A stretch of DNA of 64,000 nucleotides from an uncultured delta proteobacterium (GTDB lineage Bacteria > Desulfobacterota > Binatia > Binatales > Binataceae): contig CAWICC010000005.1 of NCBI GenBank assembly GCA_963834535.1, positions 263,743 to 327,742 of the forward strand. Direction: 5' to 3'. Under the pieces are notes generated by a model. It had not been told where the DNA came from and ran no database searches. It was given only the letters and a program-made list of their open reading frames with translations. Below are positions 56,764 to 64,000 of this stretch, in pieces (position 1 is the first letter of the stretch; each line of letters opens with the position of its first letter). A program made the position numbers and the translations under genes.

Positions 56764-57042
56764 CTAGAGCTATAGCAAATGGGGGAAAAGCGTCGCAAAT
56801 TTAATTTACTCGTTGAACCTCGGCCTCTGCTTCAGCACCGGCGACGGCAACCACTCCACCGATTGTTTCGGCTGGGCTGGTGCCCCATCTATGATGCAGG
56901 GAGAGCCGACGTGCCGACCGCGGATAAAGTCAAACTTCGGCACGCTATTCTTCAACGATCGCCCGATGCGCCGCGAAGGAAAATTTGAAGCCGCGGAGGG
57001 AGCAGAATAATCCTGCCCCGTCCGCGCTCTAATTACATGCGC

Positions 57043-57420
57043 TTACCAGCGGCCGCCGCCACCACCTCCGCCACGGCGATCGCGTCCACCACCACCGCCC
57101 CCACCTCCGCCGCGAGGACCACCATAGCCGCCACCACCGCCGCCGCCGCGAGGACCACCACCACCGCCGCCTTCGCGGGGACGCGCCTCGTTGACGCGGA
57201 TGTTGCGGCCCTTGAGTTCGGTTTCGTTGAACTCCTCGATCGCTCGTGCGGCGTCGTTCGAGTCAGCCATCTCGACGAATCCGAAGCCGCGCGACTGTCC
57301 CGAAAACTTGTCGACTACGACCACCGCGCTGTCAACCTTGCCGGCCTGGGAGAATAATCCTTCCAGGTCTTCGTTGGTCACCGAGTAGGCCAAATTGCCT
57401 ACGTACAATTTAGTGGGCAT
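57043..57420 (-). CDS. RRM-type RNA-binding protein with a Gly/Arg-rich tail
   Basis: RNP2 is 'LYVGNL' and RNP1 is 'RGFGFVEM'. The 45-aa tail is almost pure Gly with RGG units. Confidence 0.9.
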   Translation of the reverse strand: MPTKLYVGNLAYSVTNEDLEGLFSQAGKVDSAVVVVDKFSGQSRGFGFVEMADSNDAARAIEEFNETELKGRNIRVNEARPREGGGGGGPRGGGGGGGYGGPRGGGGGGGGGRDRRGGGGGGGRW

Positions 57421-57924
57421 TCAGTGCCCCTCCTTGCATCAATGCCATAGATCGCGCGAGCCAGAAAAACCCGTTGGGGTTTAAATGAAAGGTGCGTCCG
57501 GGCGGTTACAACTCCTATCTATAACTTGCAAATCTCAAAGTCCACACTACGTAGATCTAATCCCCCGCCCGTTCTGCCGCGTCAAGCCCGAAGCCATTGA
57601 TGAACGCAGTCCCCGCATGCCTGGTGCTTTGCACCTCAATCCGGGCGCGATCAAATTCCACGTAGCGTCTGACCAGCGCGAGACCGGCACTGGCGCCCTC
57701 ATGAAGCCGGCGGTATAGCTTCGCTCCAGGCTCGAACAAGCTCGCCAGGCCGGCCTCAGCCGTCGCGCAACCTCAATGATCAAAAGGAGCCCGCTTCCGT
57801 CGAAATCTGAACCCTTTATCAGCGCCGCTTGCTCACCGCCCGGGCCAAAACCTTCGCCGATTACGTGGCGCCACTCAGTAGTCCTAAGCCGCCCGTACCT
57901 TCGTCATAACTAGACCGCCTGCGA

Positions 57925-59541
57925 TTGACATATGAGACCATGCAGGGTTCACTCGGAGTTGTGTCGAACCCTCCGGTGAGCGAAAAGATCCCACCGTGGT
58001 TGCTATGGCAACGCCTGAACCGGTCGGAAGTCTTCGAGAGCTTTAGCGACGACCAGCGCGACGCGTTTCTGAAAGCTTATGAAAATGAGCCGGGCATGCG
58101 TATGCGCGCCTTCAAAACCGGCGCTACGATTTGCCGCCAGGGCGAGTACGAATTGGACTTGTGTTTTATCCTGAGCGGCGCGGTCAACCTGATAGACCAC
58201 CTGGGCGAAGACGACCAGGCCTTCGTGGTCGCCCTCGAAGCCGGCGACATCTATGGTGAGCTTGGTGCGATCGGTGGCCTGCCGCGTTCGGTGGATATCG
58301 TCGCCCGCACCGATGCGGAAATCTTTTATGTTCCCCGTCACGCGCTCAAATATATCGAAGTCAACAACGGGGCGCGTGAGATCCTCGCCCGGCGCTATCG
58401 CGAACGCGCCGTGCGCCTTATAGCAAGTCACGTCGAGTTGTTCCGCGGCGTCCCGCGAACCTTCGTCGATGAGCTGATTCCGAAATGTGAGATTCTGCGC
58501 TACGAGTTGCGCGGTATTCCATTGGTAACGCAAGGGGAACCTGGTGACGCCCTCTACATCGTGCGCGATGGCTTCGTTCAAGTCGCGCGCGAGGAGCCCG
58601 ACGGCAGCCGTCGCGTACTCGCCTATCTCCGCGCCGGCGAATATTTCGGCGAAATGGCCTTGTTCGAGACCGGGTTGCGCTGGGCCAGCGTATTGACCGC
58701 CGGCAAGTGCGAGCTGATCAAGATCATGCGCGACGACTTTCTCGACTTATGCCGTCAGTATCCGCAGATCGAAGCCTCCGCGCGCAAGGTTATCAAACTG
58801 CGCTTTGAGCAGGAGCGCACCGTTACCCCCGAAATCTCCGAACTACTCGAACGCAGCGGACAACTCGGTGTCATTCAGGCTGACGCGCTGCTGGTGATGG
58901 ACCTTGACCTTTGTATCAAGTGCGACGAATGCGTTAAGGCGTGTGAGTCGCTGCACGGTGAGAGCCGCCTCATCCGCAACGGTATCCAGCTCGGCAAATA
59001 TCTCGTCCCGAGTGCGTGTCGCCATTGTGACGATCCCAAATGCATGAACAGTTGCCCCACCGGAGCAATCAAGCGCCGCCCGGAAGGTGAGATCTATTTC
59101 CAGTACGACATGTGCATCGGCTGCGGCAACTGCGCGATCGCATGCCCTTACGACAACATCGCGATGATCGACACTCCCACCTTCGACCAGGCGCAGGCGC
59201 GCAAGTCGCACGCGATGAACGACGCGACCTTCTTTCGACCCTATCCGCTCGCCGCGCACGATGTCGCTGAGACCGGATTGTGGAAACGGCTGTTTAATCC
59301 GGGCGGCGGGCACGCGCGGCCGCAGGGTCCGACCGGCTCCCCGGAGGCGCACGATTACGAACACATCCCCGCGGCTTTTCCGATCAAGTGCGATTTATGT
59401 GACGGACTGCCGTTCATGGGTTGTGTGCATAACTGCCCCACCGGCGCCGCGATCAGGATCGATCCCGCAAAATTGTTCGCCGAGACTGGCGCGGTCAGTG
59501 CCGGTTCGCGCGTGCGCAAGGCGCGCGGTGGCAGTGATTAG
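57925..59541 (+). CDS. Cytoplasmic protein with two cyclic-nucleotide-binding domains and a four-cluster [4Fe-4S] ferredoxin domain
   Basis: The cNMP-like segments are '...GDIYGELGAIGGLPRSVDIVA' and '...GEYFGEMALFETGLRWASVLTA'. The Cys motifs are CIKCDECVKAC, CRHCDDPKCMNSCP, CIGCGNCAIACP and CDLC..(8)..CVHNCP. There is no signal peptide. The start is TTG 57925 or ATG 57940. Confidence 0.8.
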   Translation: MTYETMQGSLGVVSNPPVSEKIPPWLLWQRLNRSEVFESFSDDQRDAFLKAYENEPGMRMRAFKTGATICRQGEYELDLCFILSGAVNLIDHLGEDDQAFVVALEAGDIYGELGAIGGLPRSVDIVARTDAEIFYVPRHALKYIEVNNGAREILARRYRERAVRLIASHVELFRGVPRTFVDELIPKCEILRYELRGIPLVTQGEPGDALYIVRDGFVQVAREEPDGSRRVLAYLRAGEYFGEMALFETGLRWASVLTAGKCELIKIMRDDFLDLCRQYPQIEASARKVIKLRFEQERTVTPEISELLERSGQLGVIQADALLVMDLDLCIKCDECVKACESLHGESRLIRNGIQLGKYLVPSACRHCDDPKCMNSCPTGAIKRRPEGEIYFQYDMCIGCGNCAIACPYDNIAMIDTPTFDQAQARKSHAMNDATFFRPYPLAAHDVAETGLWKRLFNPGGGHARPQGPTGSPEAHDYEHIPAAFPIKCDLCDGLPFMGCVHNCPTGAAIRIDPAKLFAETGAVSAGSRVRKARGGSD

Positions 59542-59732
59542 AGCGTCGCGGGCAAGACTGGGCGGAGATAGGCGTGCTCGTCGCGGAAATCTCGACAAAC
59601 ATCTTCGATGATGGTTTGGTTCGTCAATCTTCCGCCAGGAGGGCGGCAATGGGAGTGTGGCACTGCGGGGTAACGGTCGCGCTAATTCAGCAGCTCGGCC
59701 TGATCGACCTGGCTTGACCAGATGATACGCGG

Positions 59733-60632
59733 GTGAGAGAGCAGATAGGCGACGCCTCTGACCGGCGTCATACAGCGCCGATCGCGTCGGTGACATTGTG
59801 GGTGGTGATCTGCGGTGCGGTGGTCCTTGCCATACACGCCGCCACCGCCATTATTCCAGCGCGCCTCGGCTCATATCGCACTGGCATCATCACTCTTCTC
59901 ACCTTCCTGCTGGCTGCGATTTACAGCGTTCGCAAGCATACTCTATGGCTCTCCGTGCGATGGCTCCGTCTGGCCTCACGCCTGCCGCGTTCATTTGCTC
60001 GCCGGCTGGTTCTGATGGATCGCCTCGAGACCTGGCGCACCCTCCACATCACGATCGGAATGCTGGCGCTATTGCCGTTCTGGTGGCACGTCGATGCGGG
60101 CCGCGCGACCATCTTGGAACGCGCGCTCGAAAGCACCGTTATCCTCGTCATTCTGAGCGGCTTCTGCGGTGTGTTAATTCACGATTTGCTGCCCCGCGCC
60201 ATGCGCGTTCGGCCCAATCAGGAGGTTCGGCTCGAGGATGTAGAGGCGGCCTACCATCAGCTTTACTTCGAGGCCGAGGAAGCGATCCTTGGACATTCGG
60301 AGGCTTTGGTTAAGGCCTACCTGAAAAACGTCCGGCCGCTGCTGATCGGGGAGCAGCCAGCAGCCCGTTTGGCGTGGGCTACGCTTCGCGGGAGCGATCC
60401 GTCGCCGCGGGCTTGCCGGACGGCGTTGCGTGATGCCACCTCGGTCGGGAGCGACGAACCGATCTACCGCGATCTGGTCGAGGTCGCCGCGCGCAAGGTG
60501 CGGCTGGAACTCAATCAATTTAATCTGCGACTCGGTACCGTCTGGCTCAAATTTCACATCGCGCTCGTCATGATCATGGGTATCGAGATCCTCTTTCATG
60601 TCACTGGCGTGCTTTATTTCGTGGGCTTTTGA
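59733..60632 (+). CDS. Five-TM membrane protein with two H-x13-H helices (putative di-heme cytochrome b)
   Basis: TM3 is 'LH105ITIGMLALLPFWWH119' and TM5 is 'FH275IALVMIMGIEILFH289', each with exactly 13 residues between the His residues. Its stop overlaps the next start (ATGA at 60629-60632). The start codon is uncertain. Confidence 0.6.
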   Translation: MREQIGDASDRRHTAPIASVTLWVVICGAVVLAIHAATAIIPARLGSYRTGIITLLTFLLAAIYSVRKHTLWLSVRWLRLASRLPRSFARRLVLMDRLETWRTLHITIGMLALLPFWWHVDAGRATILERALESTVILVILSGFCGVLIHDLLPRAMRVRPNQEVRLEDVEAAYHQLYFEAEEAILGHSEALVKAYLKNVRPLLIGEQPAARLAWATLRGSDPSPRACRTALRDATSVGSDEPIYRDLVEVAARKVRLELNQFNLRLGTVWLKFHIALVMIMGIEILFHVTGVLYFVGF

Positions 60633-62908
60633 TGCGGCGCAGCGCCTTCATACTGGCCGGCGTCGTGATCGTGCTCGCGGTGTTCGTGCTCGCGCGCCGC
60701 CAGAGCTATCAACCCGGCGAACTGATGGCTGCTCACGATAACCTCCGCGGACAGTGCGCCGATTGTCATCAGCCGTGGCACGGTCCAGCGACTGATCGCT
60801 GCGTTGCCTGCCATGGCGACATCGCCGACGTCAATCCTCATGGCGGCTACGATGTAACCAACGACAGTGGACTGATCGCCGGCCGCACGCTCCACTTCCT
60901 CACCCGCGACAACGAAATCACTTGCCTCAGTTGCCATACCGAACATCGCGGCCGCGTGGTCGATCTGAACACCACGGCGACTTTCAATTGCGCGTGGTGC
61001 CATCAGCATCCCTCGATCCAAGGCGTCGACGAGCACAACGCTCCGATTATGAAGCGCGGCGTTACCGCGCGCACCGCGTTCGTACAGCAGTTCAATCACT
61101 TCGAGCACAAGTTGCTGATCGAATCGCGCTACCCGGCCTATCCCGGCGGGTTCAAGTGCGAATCATGCCACAACCTGCCCCCAACGTCGTCGCAGAATCC
61201 CGATCGGATGAGTTTTCGCTGGTCCGGATGTGCGGGCAGCGGATGTCATCTGGCGCCCCAGGATTCCTTCATGCAGTTGCCGGCCGCGGTCGGGCCGTCG
61301 CCGAAGTTGATTGCGTACACGGCGACGGTTCTTCACATGAACACCGTCTTCGCGCATTCGGCCGGCCATCTCCAGACGCCTTGCGAAACCTGTCACTTTT
61401 CGACGCCGGCCAGCAAGGCTCCCAACGATGCCGCCTCGAAGCAGGTCGAGAATTGTTTCAAATGCCACGCCCATCAGGCGGCCCCGCCTGTTAGCGCGAA
61501 TCCGAGCGTGCGGGCGACTTTGAACTGGATCGGGACGGGAACTGCCTTTGCGGCTGCGCCCATCGCCAGCGGCAGGAGTGTTACCGCCTGCGGTGAATGT
61601 CATCTGTTCCACCTTCACGGACCGTTGATGAAGAACGACTTTGTCGGGACGGCGCCCGAAGCATTGCCCAACGCCAAACCTCATCTGACATGGACCGTCT
61701 TTATGCCAACGATCGACCGCGCGCGCGGCGTCGGTCTCCGCCCAATGCGGATTTCGCCCTGGCTGCTCGGATGGTTCGGCTTGCTCGCCGCCGGCCTCTG
61801 CGGCTTCGGCCTGGTGCGCCTGATGCCATCCAAGGTGGCTGATCGCGAAGTAGTCGCCGGGGTTGCCCCGCAGCGCACCCATGAAATTCCTCTGATCGAC
61901 GACACCTATCAGACCAGCGTGCGCCACCTTTACATCATCGGCGAAGCCTCCGGCACCGCGTCGATCAACCTCGCGATGCGTTCCGGCCGCCAGGTGATTG
62001 AGGCCATAGTCGCCGAATTGAAGCACTCTCGCCCGCCGGTCGACCCAGCCGTGTACGACGTCGTAATCGTCGGCTGCGGTCCCGCCGGCCTCGGCGCCAC
62101 CGCGACGGCGCGAGCCGCCGGGCTCAATTACGTGACGCTGGAAAGAATGACGCCGGCGTCCACGCTGCGCGCCTATCCACGTGCGAAGTTCGTCCAGGCC
62201 ACGCCTATCGACATTGCCGAATACGGATCGTTCTTTTTGGAGGGCGACAACTCCCGCGAGGACCTCATCCATGAGTGGGAGCGGATCATCGCCACCCTGG
62301 GACTCAAGATTAACGATCGCGAGGAAGTCGTTGGCGTATCGCGTGACGACGATATTCTGACAGTCGAGACCGCGCGCGGTAACCGCTACAGAACGCGATC
62401 GGTGGTGCTCGCAATCGGCGTGCGCGGAAATGCCCGTCATCTCAATCTTCCCGGCGAGCAAGCCGGCCGCGTCTTCTATACCCTTATCGAACCCTCCGAA
62501 TTCCAGAATCGAAAGATCCTGGTTGTTGGCGGCGGCAACGCCGGCGCAGAAGTCGCTCAAGCGCTCGCCGCCGCGGCCCTGGGCAACCAGGTTAGCTATT
62601 CTTTCCGCGCCCCGGTGCTGTCCAGCATCACGCGCGAAAATGCCGAGAAAATCAGCGACCTGCAGCGCTCCGGACTGCTTACCCTCTATCCAGGCACGAT
62701 GCTCAAGGAGATCATGCCGGGCCGGGTCGTGCTCGATCCGGCGAACGATACCGGCGTCAAATCGACTTCCCCGCGTGACGCTCCGGAAGGCCCTGTCGAG
62801 ATCGACAACGAGATCATCTTTGCGATGATCGGCGCCGAACTGCCGACCGCGTTTCTCCGGCAGATCGGCGTTAAGCTGGTGAGCAAGGGCCGTCTTGGCT
62901 TGAGCTGA
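60629..62908 (+). CDS. Fusion protein: N-anchor, periplasmic multiheme cytochrome c, TM helix and cytoplasmic FAD/NAD(P)-dependent oxidoreductase
   Basis: There are eight CxxCH motifs (CADCH, CVACH, CLSCH, CAWCH, CESCH, CETCH, CFKCH, CGECH) and one CAGSGCH. The TM helix is 'WLLGWFGLLAAGLCGFGLV'. The dinucleotide folds are 'VVIVGCGPAGLGA' and 'ILVVGGGNAGAEVA'. Confidence 0.8.
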   Translation: MMRRSAFILAGVVIVLAVFVLARRQSYQPGELMAAHDNLRGQCADCHQPWHGPATDRCVACHGDIADVNPHGGYDVTNDSGLIAGRTLHFLTRDNEITCLSCHTEHRGRVVDLNTTATFNCAWCHQHPSIQGVDEHNAPIMKRGVTARTAFVQQFNHFEHKLLIESRYPAYPGGFKCESCHNLPPTSSQNPDRMSFRWSGCAGSGCHLAPQDSFMQLPAAVGPSPKLIAYTATVLHMNTVFAHSAGHLQTPCETCHFSTPASKAPNDAASKQVENCFKCHAHQAAPPVSANPSVRATLNWIGTGTAFAAAPIASGRSVTACGECHLFHLHGPLMKNDFVGTAPEALPNAKPHLTWTVFMPTIDRARGVGLRPMRISPWLLGWFGLLAAGLCGFGLVRLMPSKVADREVVAGVAPQRTHEIPLIDDTYQTSVRHLYIIGEASGTASINLAMRSGRQVIEAIVAELKHSRPPVDPAVYDVVIVGCGPAGLGATATARAAGLNYVTLERMTPASTLRAYPRAKFVQATPIDIAEYGSFFLEGDNSREDLIHEWERIIATLGLKINDREEVVGVSRDDDILTVETARGNRYRTRSVVLAIGVRGNARHLNLPGEQAGRVFYTLIEPSEFQNRKILVVGGGNAGAEVAQALAAAALGNQVSYSFRAPVLSSITRENAEKISDLQRSGLLTLYPGTMLKEIMPGRVVLDPANDTGVKSTSPRDAPEGPVEIDNEIIFAMIGAELPTAFLRQIGVKLVSKGRLGLS

Positions 62909-63095
62909 TTTACAGCGCATTCCTGTCAACTGGTCCGGCCGTCGCTGCTGTTGGCCCCGCGTCTCCCTGTGCTACTGATGCGCAATGCCGCGCTTGTGGC
63001 GATCGCGATTTTCCGCCCGCGCGGAGTTCGCTCGCTTGAGCCCGGCACACCCTTAGCCGGCCGCGCCAGCGCCGGCCGTCTCGGAGGTTTCCGTC

Positions 63096-63968
63096 GTGCC
63101 TTACATTGCCTGCTCGGATCACATCAAGCTCTACTATGAGGAGACCGGCGCCGGCTTCCCGATCATCTTCGTGCATGAGTTCGCCGGCGACCATCGCAGC
63201 TATGAGTCGCAAATGCGTCATTTTGGCCGGCGCTATCGATGCGTTGCCTACAACGCTCGCGGCTATCCCCCGTCCGATGTTCCCACTAACCCCGCAAGTT
63301 ACTCGCAAGACCGGGCCCGCGACGACATTCTTGCGATCCTCGACGGCCTGAACTTGCCGCAGGCTCATATAGTGGGCATCTCGATGGGTGGCTTCGCGAC
63401 CTTGCACTTCGGCATCTATCACGCCGCGCGCGCGCGATCTCTCGTCGTGGCCGGATGTGGCTACGGCGCCGCGCCGGATCGCCGCTCGCAATTTCAGGAA
63501 GAGGCCGAAGCCGCCGCGCGGCGCTTCGAAACTATCCCTATGGCTCGTTCCGCGGACGCCTACGCCCTGGGTCCAACGCGCGTCCAATTGCAGAACAAGG
63601 ACCCGCGCGGTTGGGAGGAGTTTCGCGCCATGCTCGCCGATCACTCGCCGCTCGGCTCGGCCTTGACGCTGCGCGGCGTGCAGAAGTCGCGCCCCTCGCT
63701 GTTCGATCTGACCGCTGACCTGCGCCAGATCACGGTGCCGGCCCTCATCATGGCCGGCGACGAAGACGATCCGTGTCTCGAAGCGTCCCTCATGATGAAG
63801 CGAACGATTCCCTCCGCCGCGCTCGTGGTCCTGCCGCGCACCGGTCACGCCCTCAATCTGGAGGAACCGGCGCTGTTCAACGCTCATCTCGACGATTTCT
63901 TCCATCAGGTCGAGTCCGATCGTTGGACCTCTCGGGACCCGCGCTCCCTCAGCGGCTCGATCCTTTGA
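63096..63968 (+). CDS. Alpha/beta-fold hydrolase
   Basis: 'IIFVHEFAGDHRSY' and the nucleophile elbow 'GISMGG'. The C-terminal His is in 'RTGHALNLEEP'. It has a GTG start. Confidence 0.8.
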   Translation: MPYIACSDHIKLYYEETGAGFPIIFVHEFAGDHRSYESQMRHFGRRYRCVAYNARGYPPSDVPTNPASYSQDRARDDILAILDGLNLPQAHIVGISMGGFATLHFGIYHAARARSLVVAGCGYGAAPDRRSQFQEEAEAAARRFETIPMARSADAYALGPTRVQLQNKDPRGWEEFRAMLADHSPLGSALTLRGVQKSRPSLFDLTADLRQITVPALIMAGDEDDPCLEASLMMKRTIPSAALVVLPRTGHALNLEEPALFNAHLDDFFHQVESDRWTSRDPRSLSGSIL

Positions 63969-64000
63969 TCCACCCCAAAAATGCTCCTTTCGTTGCCGCT

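Noticed and set aside
1-64000. CRISPR arrays, IS elements, prophage, toxin-antitoxin or classical defence genes
   Set aside because: I saw no regularly spaced direct repeats, no transposase, integrase or recombinase motifs, and no nuclease or helicase defence-type ORFs on either strand.

Overview
High-GC bacterial chromosomal window with about 50 protein genes, one tRNA and two decayed genes. There is no CRISPR array, transposase or integrase. The gene content (many LLM/F420-type oxidoreductases, amidohydrolase-2 proteins and family-III CoA-transferases) looks like an uncultured soil or sediment Deltaproteobacteria-like lineage. Taxonomy cannot be settled from the sequence alone.

Core content:
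- hscB-hscA-iscX (no fdx)
- argC, and rplM-rpsI preceded by tRNA-Asp
- ilvD, a long-form nadE, glgP, a Tat-signal msrB and ampG
- a five-gene Mla/Mce-type lipid-transport operon
- an S2P/CBS protease
- a Rieske/amidohydrolase/LLM aromatic-acid module

Main accessory findings:
1. 57.9-62.9 kb holds three co-directional genes. They encode a cNMP-binding four-cluster ferredoxin, a 5-TM protein with two H-x13-H helices (di-heme-b signature), and a fusion of a periplasmic 8-9-heme cytochrome c with a cytoplasmic FAD/NAD(P) oxidoreductase. Together they look like an uncharacterised, nucleotide-gated transmembrane electron conduit.
2. 41.5-52.5 kb is a visibly AT-richer island carrying a Fap-type functional-amyloid operon. 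It has two repeat proteins with the SG-x4-NQ-x-AG-x-GNQQ-x-N motif, a C39 peptidase lipoprotein, a FapE-like protein and a coiled-coil OM barrel, but no fapA. It is driven by a duplicated promoter-like module and extended by a 1204-aa SBBP/Asp-box/choice-of-anchor-D protein.
3. A second AT-richer islet encodes a 560-aa secreted protein with thaumatin-like motifs.
4. A secreted His/Trp plus Gly/Tyr/Asn low-complexity protein.
5. A roughly 2.9-kb FAD/Fe-S oxidase gene broken by at least five frame changes, next to a frameshifted CitE/malyl-CoA-lyase-like gene.

All functional calls rest on motif recognition by eye. No database search was run.
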